Below, in pieces: positions 1-10,708 of a stretch of DNA of 24,955 nt. Below the pieces are notes generated by a model, which saw only the letters and a list, made by a program, of their open reading frames with translations, was not told the DNA's origin and searched no databases. The stretch's first letter is position 1, and every line of letters starts with the position of its first letter. The DNA is from Octopus sinensis. Its lineage: Eukaryota. Location of the stretch: NCBI RefSeq assembly GCF_006345805.1, contig NW_021836288.1, forward strand, positions 1 through 24,955. Direction: 5' to 3'. A program made the translations under genes and the position numbers.

Positions 1-4
1 TTCA

Positions 5-258
5 ATTCTGGCCCCTTGGTAATGCATAATTCAAAGCATTTGGGTTAAATCCAATGTTAAGAATTTAAGCTGTAAGGGGTAATATGAAATAACATGTTAT
101 ACTTCTTTAGTTGTGGATTTGAATTACTTTAAGAAAGATGTAACCTTCATTATTATTAAAGCAAAAATCCTGAAGAGATTCTACTCCTTACAGCTTAAAT
201 TCTTAACATTGGATTTAACCCAAATGCTTTGAATTATGCATTATCAAGGTGCCAGAAT
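5..258. repeat. Long inverted repeat (77-bp arms, 100-bp spacer)
   Basis: 5-81 is the reverse complement of 182-258 with 3 mismatches; the core 20-77 is a perfect 58-bp match. No convincing TSD. Confidence 0.95.
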
Positions 259-505
259 CAAAACATATGTAGGGTTTTTTGAGTCTTCTATTTTTTTTAT
301 TATTATTTGTATTTATATCTTAAAAACAAACTATGATGCAAATAAATTAACTTATACAGTCTTAACTCTCCATTTTCTTACATTATTAATTTTGCTTATA
401 ATAATCCATAACATATAGAAATTTTCTTCTAATGTGATGGAGATTATACCAGTGAAATTTTGGATTTATTAATTCTTAATGAGGATAAGATATCCTTGAG
501 ATGAC

Positions 506-507
506 TA

Positions 508-548
<41 letters not shown>

Positions 549-553
549 TACAC
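506..553. repeat. (TA)n/(CA)n microsatellite
   Basis: Direct reading of the sequence. Confidence 0.9.
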
Positions 554-785
554 ATATATGTATTTAAAAAACCTACAAAGAATGAAGCATTATCAGTGGT
601 TTAGTTATCTTACTAATGCTTCAAATAGAGTGACACAACCCAATTGATGCACTTTGCAACATTCAAGGTTAAAATTGTTCTTCATTTGATCAACTAAAAT
701 GCCATAGAAAGAGATGACTTAAGTGCCTCACAATTCTTATTAAAGCCAGAATACTTCTACAAAAATTTATATATATGTATATGTA

Positions 786-1835
786 CAGGGTTGTAAGAGG
801 TATTTGAGGACATAATTGTTAGTTTTATGAAGCAACTTTAATCTAGTAAAACCCAAATGTAAATTCATGCTCCTATTATTGGTCTGAACACATGTTCATA
901 TTCTAGGAATCCATCTTCAGCTTCAATGATTGCTTCAATGCGAGCAAACTATTGACATACAGACACTGAATAGTCGTTATTCATTTTGAACATCACCTAG
1001 ACAATGGCATCTTTCAGTGCAGCTATGGTATTGTGGGGATGTCAATTAGTCTCCCTTTCACCACCACTCCAAATGTAGAAGTCATAGGATTTAAATCTAA
1101 TGAGTTTGGGGACCACACATTTTGTGTTTTATGATCATAAAGATTGTCTGGCATCTGTTCTTGGGTTATGTGGGTTTTGTGAGAAGGTTAAGTCTTGTTG
1201 AAACACATATGACCTTGCACTGTATTTAGTTTTAACAACTCCAGTAATTCTCAGACCCTGTGGAATGATGGGACCTTCATTACTCATCACTCCTAAAACT
1301 ATCTTGGTTGCTGGAAACTTATTGTACACTCTGAGGACATCAGAAGGATCTGCATATAACTATCTGTCAATTTTCCATTAGACTTTTGGTCTTGGTTGAA
1401 GTTTTCCTCATAAGGGAGGAACCAAAACATGCCATGTTTATGAGTTTTTAACCTTGTTAAATAAATGCTCAGTATAAATCAAACAGTTTTTGGATGTTTT
1501 TGCAGACATGAATTGGCCTTTCCTCAGTACACATGACTTGTATGTAATGTCCTCATGTGCCACAGTTCTGATAGTCCTCTCTGACACCTGAAAATTTTTA
1601 GTGAGGCCCTCATAGATTTTCATAGATCATGAATTGCTGTACCATCATAGTGTCCAAACATTTAGAATATTCTTTTCTCTTTGGTATAGTTAAAACATTC
1701 CCATCAGAGGCCTCCAATTCCATCTGAACAAAAGTACAAAAGATCTTGCAATATTTAGAAAGTTGGCAATTTTGAAATCGCTATGTTCTGCATGGCAACA
1801 ATGACTGCATGTCTTTCCATTTCTTGTGTTAACAT
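786..1835 (-). mobile_element. Decayed Tc1/mariner transposon, maT/DD37D-like transposase remnant
   Basis: Minus-strand fragments in the expected order: MLTQEMERHAVIVA (start at 1835), QVSERTIRTVAHEDITYKSCVLRKGQFMSAKT, KFPATKIVLGVMSNEG, YVFQQD, WSPNSLDLNP, IEAIIEAEDGFLE (~900). TA|CAGGGT at 784-791 resembles a terminal end; the other TIR was not found. Many stops and frameshifts. Confidence 0.8.
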
Positions 1836-1939
1836 TTTATCTGTGATGAGGAATCTGAAAGAAATAAAACCTTTTGATATGATGAGAGTAATATGCTGAT
1901 AATGTGTGTGTTTTACAAGCCAATGTAACCTCTTCATGG

Positions 1940-2090
1940 CCACTCAACCTGCTGGAAATTCCCTCAAATCACACACTACCTTAAAAATAAGCAAAGTTCA
2001 CATTAGATAATGTAGTGCTAGAAATCCCTACAAAGTACAGCTAGAATGTCTTTAAACTTTTGTTTGCTACCCAGGGGCTAAACAGCAATA
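1940..2090 (+). repeat. Degenerate interspersed repeat, unclassified (related copies at ~6820-6960 and ~7660-7790)
   Basis: Shared blocks such as TAGAAATAGCAGCCAAATCT / CCCTCAAATCACAC and AATGTAGT(G/C)C in three places; similarity is weak and judged by eye. Confidence 0.4.
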
Positions 2091-2100
2091 TTTTTTTACA

Positions 2101-2132
<32 letters not shown>

Positions 2133-2133
2133 T
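2101..2133. repeat. (TG)n(AG)n microsatellite
   Basis: Direct reading of the sequence. Confidence 0.9.
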
Positions 2134-2344
2134 GAAAGAGAAACAATACAATTGCCAACAATCAAATTGTTTCAATTAACTCAAACAAACATTCATCTTC
2201 AGCAGTTGAGGCAAAATGTGTTATATCCTTGCCTTTCCATACTGGCATGCATTGACTGATTGTTACTGCCAGAGTCACTTCCTATTTGGAGCTACTGCCT
2301 TCTCCAGACAGGATAAACACCACATCTTTCTTGTCTGTTCTATT

Positions 2345-2440
2345 TTAGGTGTGGTTTCTATGGTTGGACATCCTTCCTAACACTGATAATTTTACTGAGT
2401 CTACTGGGTGCACTTTATTGTGACATCAACACTAGAGGAG
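2345..2440 (-). mobile_element. SINE fragment
   Basis: Reverse complement contains CACCCAGTAGACTC...GTGTTAGGAAGGATGTCCAACC, similar to the GGCGTTAGGAAGGGCATCCAGC block at 22154-22175. Confidence 0.5.
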
Positions 2441-2829
2441 TTGCCTTGTCCATGGCAAGACAAAATGGTTCTCTTTGTCCTACATTGGCTCCATTCATTC
2501 AAGGTAACTTGACCATGAATGTAATTAAAGCGAAAGAACCTGAGTGAGATGATAATTGAAAAGAGGGGAGGATGAGAGTAACAGAAGCTAGATGATGAAA
2601 AAAAGGAGGGGACAGTAAAAGAGAATGGGAGAGAAAGTGATAGACAGCTACATGTAGGAGATAGAGTAGACAACAGTATTATTGTGGAAAGAAAGAATAT
2701 GAGAGGGAGTACAGGAAATGAGAGAATTTCCAAGCATTAGAACTTGCTTGGGCTGGGTTCTTCCTGTCAACATCACAGTTATAAAATATAAAACAAAAAT
2801 ATTTAAAAAATGGTTTTCAGTTTAACTTA

Positions 2830-4129
2830 CGAGGGGCGTTCAATAAGTAATGCCCCTGACCCACTTCCCATAGCAGTAGAGCAACGGAACTTGGCACAGT
2901 TATTAGTCTTTTTCTACATAGGAACCACTCAGAGTTACACATTTCTCCCATCGTTTGATGCAACTCTGGAGACCGTTTTTGTAGAAGACCCCAGCTTGGT
3001 CCTCCAACCACGACGTGACTTCAGAAATAAAGGCTGCATCATCTGGGAAATGCTTTCCTTTCAAAAACAACTTCATGGCTGGGAAGAGGTGAAAATCAGA
3101 GGGTGCAAGGTCAGGGAGTAGGAGGATGGGGGAGGAGTTCATAGCCGCGCTCCGCCTGTGCTTCTGATCTGGCAACACCACGAGTTGTGGTAGACCGGAG
3201 CGTTGTCCTGCAGGAGGAGGATGCCTTTGCTGATCTTGCCCCGCCTCTTGATTTTGATAGCTTCTCTTAATTCCTCAAAAGTGAAGCATAATAGGCTCCT
3301 GTAATTGTGGTACCCTTTGCCAGGAAATCTGTCGTCACTACTCGTCCTGGTCCCAGAAGACTGTGAGCATGACCTTGCCAGCGGAGGGCTGCACCGTTGC
3401 CTTCTTTGGAGGAGGTGAGTCACGGTGCTTCCACTGCATTGACTGGGCTTGTGGTCTTGTGGATCAGTGATGGACCCAGGTTTCATCCTGTGTAATCATC
3501 TTTTGAAAAATTTTGACTCATCTTCTTGGCACATCTCCAAATTCAACCTCGAGCACTCGACGCGTTCTTACTTCTGGAAAGGTGTGAGCAACCTGGGAAT
3601 CCATCTGGCAGACACCTTTTGCATATGCAAATGGTCATGAATGATAGTTTCCACAGACCCGGTACTAAACTTGACCTCATGGGCTATTTGGCGAATAGTT
3701 ATGCGTCGATCTTCCAAAATGGCAGCCTCAACTTGACGGACAGATGCCTCATCAATGGCAGAAGGGGGGGGGGGCGACCAGATCTGGGAGCTGTTTCCAC
3801 AGAGTTCCAACCATGTTTGAATTCATGTTGCAAGCGTTTTACAAGGTCATATGATGGGGCATCATCACCATAAGTTACTTTCATTTCATCAAAAGCCTCC
3901 CGTGGTGTGCGTCCTTTCAAATACAAAAAACGGATCACTGCTTGACACTCAACAGGCTCCATTTCACACATGACTCAGTTCAAACACCTGTATATCAGAA
4001 ACCACAATTAGTTCAGAGCTGTAATTTGCCACCTAATCTATAGAGATATAAGTAATTGCACATGTAAATTTTCAGCTAGATCAAACAACTGCAAGTGGGT
4101 CAGAGGCATTACTTATTGAACGCCCCTCG
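2830..4129 (-). mobile_element. Full-length mariner transposon (1300 bp), decayed
   Basis: 37-bp TIRs at 2830-2866 and 4093-4129 (CGAGGGGCGTTCAATAAGTAATGCC(C/T)CTGACCCACTT, 1 mismatch); TA duplication at 2828-2829 and 4130-4131; internal transposase remnant. Confidence 0.97.
2903..3971 (-). pseudogene. Mariner (DD34D-type) transposase pseudogene
   Basis: HTH N-terminus (AVIRFLYLKG...PRSGRP), WIPRLL, then catalytic segments QDETWVHH, LLQDNAP and PDLAPSDFHLF, ending GSYVEKD*. Broken by an 11-G run at 3764-3774, a TAA at 3568-3570 and further frameshifts. Confidence 0.95.
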
Positions 4130-4842
4130 TAGAGTATGATAAATTTCCTGTGAAGCAATTTTCCAAGTATTTCTGTATGTTTAACCAAAACAATATCAAT
4201 TTGACCATCTGAGTATTTGTTTGATACAAGCATAGTGATGAGTAGCATCGATTGGTTTAACATGATCAAATTTAGTTCATATTTACTGTTGGGATTTAAC
4301 TATCCCATTGACATACAACACTAAAAGTTTGTCAACAGAATAATGTGGCTGAAAAAATGTTTCAACTTTTGTTGATGCTTCTGTATTTTACTGCAGAAAG
4401 ATGTACTTCTTAATACTCTGGTTGACCTTGGGAAAAGAATTATTTTTGAATTTGTGATGAATAAATGTTAATGAGAAACAATTTCCTTAGATCAAATTGT
4501 TTATTTAGCTTAACCATCCATCTTAGTGTTCAGAGCATGAGTAAGCCTATTATTTTTATTATAAATGGTAGTTGCCAGCTTGCCTTTGATCAAAGTATAC
4601 TATAAGTAACTTGGAACAGCAGATAGCCAAAAATATTCCTGACTTTTTTTCTATATCTAAAGTGAGTGAATTTTTGTAGAAGAAACATAAAGAGAACAGT
4701 GAGCCTATGATTTACATATTAAGCCAGTGAATCATTGTTGACATTGTTGTAGCTGTAGAAAAGGTACAGAGAATAAACATGAGTCTGTGGTTTACATGTA
4801 ATCTATTGGTGAGTGAGTATTTACCAATCAGCTGAATGGTCT

Positions 4843-5795
4843 TGTTTTGTATTGGTTACTATTTTACTAGATGCAAGTGTCTGTATAGACTGTATAGTCT
4901 ATAAGGTTAGTGTATTTCACAGCAATACTGTCCCATATATGCGATCTATACTCTAAGAATGTTAAGAGAAATTATCAGCTGATGTAGTGTTCTCTTCAGA
5001 TGTTACCTAAAAGTTGTAACGTATTTTGTTGAAAGCATCCTAGGAAAAAAAATTTTCTCTCGTGAAGTGGTGTTTTTCTGGAATAGTAGTGTAAGTAGGA
5101 AAGATCTCCTTACATCAGTTATATCATCTTTTGATGAAAGTGTTTACAACAAAGTTATAAATATATTTTTATATCCTGAAACTAGAGTAGAATCTGTTAA
5201 ATATACCCAAGTGTCAGAAGGTGGGTGTAACATTTTGGGTATTTCATATGTGGTACGATTTGTACATTTCTTTGTTGTTGGTTCAGGTATTTGATGTATT
5301 TTAAAACAGATCCTACCCCCAACTGTTCTTGCTATATGAAATAACCACCAATTTCTCTAGTAATATTCTGGATTCCTGCCAACAACAACAGCAGCAGTCT
5401 GATACCTTATTAGAATTCTACTTCTGAAGCAAACAAACTTTTTCTTATATTTTATAAACTATGTTTTATTTTTTTCAGTATTGCCTGTTGCTAATTAAAC
5501 AATATGATCATTAATTAACATTTCAGATTTATCTTTAATGATTTTTTTTTAACATCTATTCTTGTATCATTTCTTTTGTTGTTGCTTTTTTGTGTGTGTA
5601 CATGTGTTTGTCGTTGTTGTTGCCTATGGTTGGTTTCGTTCTATGGTAGCAACTATTCAACTGTGAAGTGAAACTGCTTTGGTTTTTTTAACCAATTTTA
5701 GAAGTGTGCATCTGCTGTCTGAAGTAAGCAATATGTGTTTTGCTCATTAGTTACAGACACTTGCATCTAGTACAATAGTAGCCAATACCAAAACA
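4843..5795. repeat. Inverted repeat pair (43/44-bp arms, 866-bp spacer); possible non-autonomous DNA transposon
   Basis: 4843-4885 is the reverse complement of 5752-5795 (TACAGACACTTGCATCTAGTA(A/C)AATAGTA(A/G)CCAATAC(C)AAAACA) with 2 substitutions and 1 indel. No TSD found. Confidence 0.8.
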
Positions 5796-5952
5796 TGTGA
5801 AGGATTTAACATAAAAAGCATTGATATGCACGTGCATATATACACTCGTACAAACTTCAACTTTTAACTTTGCCTTTTCAAACATATGTGTTCATGCACT
5901 CACATTCAGATGTTTTTTGAATCACAATTTGAAATACTGCTGTACTCTACAT

Positions 5953-6632
5953 CAGTGCTTCTCAAACCATCTGATGTGGCATACCGGCAGTTTTTTTTTC
6001 CAATGTGCCAGGGACCAGTAATATTTCTTAGTAATATTAATTTATACTGGAAGCAATATATATAATGAATATAATAAAAGTTGACAATTTTCTTTATTTT
6101 ATATTTATTTTGTAAACAAATAGGCGCTGGAGTGGCTGTGTGATAAGTAGCTTGCTTACCAATCACACGGTTCTGGGTTTAGTCCCACTGCGTGGTACCT
6201 TGGGCAAGTGTCTTCTACTATAGCCTCGGGCCGACTAAAGCCTTGTGAGTGGATTTGGTAGCTGAAAACTGAAAGAAGCCTGTTGTATATATGTATATAT
6301 GTATGTGTGTGTGTTTGCCCCCCCCCCCCCCAACATCATTTAACAACCAATGCTGGTGTGTTTACATCCCCGTAATTTAGCGGTTCGACATAAAAGACTG
6401 ATAGAATAAGTACTAGGCTTACAAAAAATAAGTTCTAGGGTCGATTTGCTCGACTAAAAGGTGGTGCTCCAGCATGGCCGCAGTCAAATGACTGAAGCAA
6501 GTAAAAGAGTAAATAATACAATATTACGTAAGCATTTTAGGTTTCTTTCTTTTCTGGAAACTTGCCACGTACCAGGATCTGGTGGCTTGCAGACCAGCAC
6601 CAGTCCATGGACCACTACTTTCAGTAACATTG
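5953..6632. mobile_element. Non-autonomous hAT (Charlie-like) element
   Basis: Perfect 8-bp TSD CTCTACAT at 5945-5952 and 6633-6640; left end CAGTGCTTCTCAAA; right end TTTCAGTAACATTG matches it at 10/14 as an inverted repeat. Confidence 0.88.
6123..6513 (+). mobile_element. Full-length tRNA-derived CORE-type SINE (octopus OK-like), nested in the hAT element
   Basis: tRNA-like head with A-box (TGGCTGTGTGATAAG) and degenerate B-box (GGTTTAGTCCC), CORE-like ACCTTGGGCAAGTGTCTTCTACTATAGC, central TA/TG repeat and AAAGAGTAAA tail. Its halves recur at 14397-14590 and 22361-22572. Confidence 0.9.
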
Positions 6633-6683
6633 CTCTACATAATCTCTTGTGTTATACAGGTTCCCAGCCATTCTTAACTTAAA

Positions 6684-6686
<3 letters not shown>

Positions 6687-6737
<51 letters not shown>

Positions 6738-6746
6738 CTCTCTCTC
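6687..6746. repeat. (AC)n(TC)n microsatellite
   Basis: Direct reading of the sequence. Confidence 0.95.
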
Positions 6747-7051
6747 TTTCTGTGGACGCATGCTTGAGCCAACTGTGTTCACTGCTTTATAACAAATTAT
6801 TGAGGGAACTTCTAAGTAGTTGTTCAATTTACTAGAAATAGCAGCCAAATCTTCCTAAAAACATACTGAAGAATGTAGTCCAGAAAAAAATTAAGGATTG
6901 CTCATTGCTGGGATGCCTTTCATCATACATTTGCTCATTCAGGACCTATCTAGTAATAGATAACAACTGGTTGTAGCACTTGATAATCTTTTAACCTTTC
7001 ATTGTGTGTGCATATGATAAGTGTTCTCTATAGAAAAATGTTAGCCTTGAA

Positions 7052-7659
7052 CTGTCAAATGAATTTGTTTACAGATCCATTTATCTGGCTCATTGTTTAC
7101 TCAAATACATTCCCTTGTTGCTGTTGTTATCATCGTCACAAAAAACATTGTTATCTATCTATACACTCACAACTCTGGTATTTTTCTGTCTGTAGCTCAC
7201 TGACTAGTCTCATAGATTATAAGAATCCTTCCAATGATATTTCAAGTAATCATTGTTACCAATTAACTAAATTTTAAGTTATTAAATCAGTGAATTGATG
7301 ACAATTGGGATAGTGAGGTGATAATAATAATAATGATGACAGTAGTCATCAACTTCTTCATTAACAAACACTTAATTACATTATAGCGGTGGAGGCAGGT
7401 GTATATACTTATTGAGACAGTTGTTGATGCCTCAAATTTGCATTTTCTTATCATAGTAGAAATTCTGTTTTTATCAATCAACACTTAGCAACGCAGTCCC
7501 TACTTGGTATTTGACAGACTGAGCTACAGACACAGAAAAATACCAGAGTTGTGAGTGTATAGATAGATAATGTTTTTGTGATAACAACAACAACAAGGGG
7601 TTATGTTTGAGTAAACAATGAGCCAGATAAATAGATCTGAAAACAAATAAATTTGACAG
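7052..7659. repeat. Long inverted repeat (148/140-bp arms, 320-bp spacer)
   Basis: 7052-7199 matches the reverse complement of 7520-7659, sharing blocks such as ATTTATCTGGCTCATTGTTTACTCAAA and TTATCTATCTATACACTCACAACTCTGGTATTTTTCTGT, with a few substitutions and small indels. Confidence 0.93.
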
Positions 7660-7839
7660 CAAATTTCCATAAAATTACACCTAACAATCTTAAAAAAGAA
7701 TGCTGTATTAGACTAATGTATTCCCTGAAATACAGAAAGATAAGATGGTCATAGCTGTTCAATCAAGGTTCACATGTTCTACATAACAATAGAGTTGGAG
7801 ATATTAATGGTTGCGTTTTAATTTATTTTTTTAATAATA

Positions 7840-8330
7840 GATCTATGTGCAAGAAGGGGCTGTATCATGGCTTTTACAGGGCCTCTAATTTAGGTAAAAA
7901 TCTATAAGACTTCAAAGACTAGTGAGATCTACAAGAAGGAGCTGTGATATGGTTTTCCAGGACCTCAAAAACTGATTAATCTTGAGGAAAGAGCTATGCC
8001 AAACATTTACAGACCCTCAAAGATTTGTTGAATAGAGGGTAAGATCTGGAGGAAGGGGCTGGGCATGGCTTTTACAGACCTTCTAATACTTGTGAGATCA
8101 ATGTGGTTAATGTTCTTGTATAATCACAGACAGACATTCCACAGGGATCATATTCTGGAGACAAAAGAAGTGGTTGATGAAAGAGCTCATAATATGAACA
8201 TAATTTGGGTGACAAGAAGAGGAAAGACTAATGAGTTGGAGGTAGCATGAGACCAGCAGGCTCCAAGTAAGTCTATTATTGTAGTGGTAGAAAAAGCAGG
8301 ATGATGAGACATGTCTATGGGTCAGCTTAG
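7840..8330 (-). mobile_element. Decayed LINE 3' end with a repeated 3' unit
   Basis: Minus-strand pieces (FLYHYNN, SSSCHPNYVHI, PVECL, ending near INHID) resemble the C-terminus of a non-LTR ORF2. They are followed by four degenerate copies of a ~45-bp unit (GATCT..(A/G)GAAGGGGCT..CATGGCTTTTACAG) at 7840-8085. Confidence 0.45.
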
Positions 8331-8559
8331 AATGTGTTTTTTTTCTTCTTTTTAAATATCCTCATGTCATCTAGATAATGTGTTTACAAGCAGTACTAAC
8401 CCTTGTGAGTATTATCTGAGTTTTATGAAAGGTTAATACTTGTTAGAAGTATTGATGTTGCAGAAAAAATCCAAAAGTCCAGTTTTTTGAAATGTTTCAA
8501 AACTAATAATAATAATTGTTTCAAATTTTAATGCAAGGTCAACAATTTTATGGAGAGAG

Positions 8560-8680
8560 TGTTGATTACATCAACCCTAAAAGGATGAAAGGCAAAGTTG
8601 ACCTTAGCAAGCACAGAGCATAAAGAGCTAGAAAAAATGCTGCCAAGCATTTTGTCTGGAGCACTGATAATTCTGCCAGC
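8560..8680 (-). mobile_element. SINE fragment
   Basis: Reverse complement contains GGTCAACTTTGCCTTTCATCCTTTTAGGGTTGATG, similar to the plus-strand block at 10400-10430. Confidence 0.65.
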
Positions 8681-8701
8681 TAACCACTTGACTAATGCTG
8701 C

Positions 8702-8785
8702 TTTTACTACTTCTTCTACTACTACTACTACTACTACTAATAATAATAATAATGATGTTGATTATGATGATGACGACGACGACAA
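8702..8785. repeat. Compound trinucleotide microsatellite (ACT/AAT/GAT/GAC)
   Basis: Direct reading of the sequence. Confidence 0.9.
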
Positions 8786-8975
8786 TTATGTTTATTGGAG
8801 GACAATATCAAAGGATGAGTTACAACACACACACACAAAAAGATGGTCACTCCTGTCAATTTCAGTGTAAGGGAATGGGCTGAAATTAATAACTGCATTG
8901 TTTCTTTTCTAGTAAACTGACATCTGACTGTTCAAAGAAGACTTCAAAAGTAACTAGTAATGACTTCTCTTGAAA

Positions 8976-9965
8976 ATGAACAAAATTTGGCATTGTGATG
9001 TATACAAGTACCTGCAGAAAAATCTTTAGCCCACAAAGTCATTCATGCTTACATGGTTGCTACAGTAGGAGATAACAACAGTACAACAGTGGGCAGCTGA
9101 ATTTTGGAGGGGAAGGGAGAGACTTGAAGATGACCTATTGTCTGGATGTCTTGTAACTGCCGCCACCAAGGAAAACATCGATCATGTTCCCCACATTGTG
9201 ATGGATGACAGGCAACTGACTATAAATCAAATAGCCAATGCTCTTAGCATATCCCATGAGAGAGTTGAGAATATTCTGCACAATGAACTTGACATGAAAG
9301 TTTCTGTTCGGTGGGTGCTGCCGCTTATGACATCTAATCAAAAGCACACCAAGTTGATCACATCACATTTCCTTGAATGTTTCCTAACCCAGAGTGAGTG
9401 TTAGGTTCATCACTTTGAAGCAGAGACAAGAGGCAATCCATGCAGTGGAAACACCTCTTCTCACCTGCTCCAAAGAAGGCCAAGGTCATTTTATCTGTAG
9501 GGAAGGTGACAGCCTCTGTTTTTGGGGGATGCAAAAGGTATTGTGTTTATTGAGTATCTTCAAAAGGACCACACCATCAATAGAGACTACTGTTGCAACT
9601 TGCTGAGGCAGTAACAAAAGGTTATCAAACTAAATGTCCAGGAAAGCTGACAAAAAGGGTCTTGTTTCATCAAGACAATGCTCCAGCACACAAGTCCTTG
9701 GTTCCAATGGCTGCTGTGCATGACTGACTTTGAACTGGTTGATCATGCTCACTGCACTCCTGATTTGACCTCATCTGACTGTCATCTGTTCCTTAACATG
9801 AAAAACACTTGATTGGGAACCTATATGGCAGTAATGATGATGTCATATCTGCTGTTGATGACTTTTTGACCAACAGGATGAAAGCTTCGTCACCAACGGA
9901 ATCCAAGCACTGCAACATCTATGGAAGAAGTATGAGGGTTGCAAGGGGTCTATGTTTAAAAATAA
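8976..9965 (+). pseudogene. Second mariner transposase pseudogene (element ~8850-9998; TIRs not recognisable)
   Basis: ATG at 8976; segments KENIDHVPHIVMDDRQLTINQIA, SVRWV, VHHFE, KGIVFIEYLQK, LFHQDNAPAHKS, PDLTSSDCHLF and NGIQALQH. Multiple stops, frameshifts and deletions. Confidence 0.9.
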
Positions 9966-10374
9966 ACCTCGTTTGATCACATTCCATGAGAGTATCTTGT
10001 AATGACAATGTTATTTTATTGAATTTATTATTTTCAAAATTAACTGAAACAAAGACAGGGAATTTCAAAAGAAATATGGTAACAAATGGGTTAATCTAGT
10101 GGTTAATCTTTATTGTTTAACACCTTTCATACTCACTTACAATCTTAACTCACAATATAAACACTCAACTAATTATACATTAAATTAAATCATATTGCTT
10201 ATTTCTATTTTTATATTTTCTTCATTATAATATTTCACCTAAATTAGATTAATTATATAGGTGATCTTCTCAACAACAAGTGCTACAGACTAAAAATAAA
10301 TATAAAGCTATCAGTTAATCCAAATCTAAAATATCTAAGACTCTTTGACAAATACCTTGCAGTATTTCTTTTAT

Positions 10375-10585
10375 GTTCTAAATTCAAATCCTTCTCAGTT
10401 CAGTTTTGTCTTTCATCCTTCCAAAGTCAAGAAAATATTGGGAATTTGCTTTGCAATCACATAGTTCAAGATTCAGTTCCACCATGCAGCACCTTGGACA
10501 AATGCCTTCTGCAATAACCTTGGGTTGACCCAAACCTTATAAGTGGAAATGGATAAGCAGATACAATGGTGATGCCTGTCAGATG
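10375..10585 (+). mobile_element. Two abutting degenerate SINE remnants
   Basis: TTTGTCTTTCATCCTT block (~10405-10425) followed by a head/CORE-like block CAGCACCTTGGACAAATGCCTTCTGCAATAACC. Confidence 0.6.
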
Positions 10586-10642
10586 GATTATACTTGTTCA
10601 TAGATGGTAAATTTAGTTTGCTATTCAGGTTAATACCATTAC

Positions 10643-10708
10643 CTGGCCTTTGCATATCTTTAGCAGGATCAACAAAATTAAGATCAGGTCTCTGGTCATC
10701 AGAAAAGC
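10643..10708 (-). CDS. Candidate 66-nt internal exon of an unidentified host gene
   Basis: TAG|G acceptor and CAG|GTAATG donor; phase-1 frame open: (G)FSDDQRPDLNFVDPAKDMQRP. The polypyrimidine tract is poor and I do not recognise the peptide. Confidence 0.25.

Noticed and set aside
2401-2733. 110-aa hydrophobic ORF on the minus strand
   Set aside because: It reflects a purine-rich low-complexity strand plus a SINE fragment; no recognisable domain.
4398-4470. Possible plus-strand exon after a good acceptor (KDVLLNTLVDLGKR); a similar case at ~13086
   Set aside because: No credible donor before the stop codon and no recognisable peptide.
6123-6200. tRNA-like sequence as a tRNA gene (also 14397 and 24314-24386)
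   Set aside because: Cloverleaf stems are broken and the sequences continue into SINE or PLE bodies.
7840-8085. Spaced repeats suggestive of a CRISPR array
   Set aside because: Eukaryotic context, highly degenerate units, irregular spacing and no cas genes.
8598-8883. ORFs with poly-T/N/D or poly-L/I runs (also 6621-6848, 23914-24228, 24662-24923)
   Set aside because: These are translations of microsatellites.
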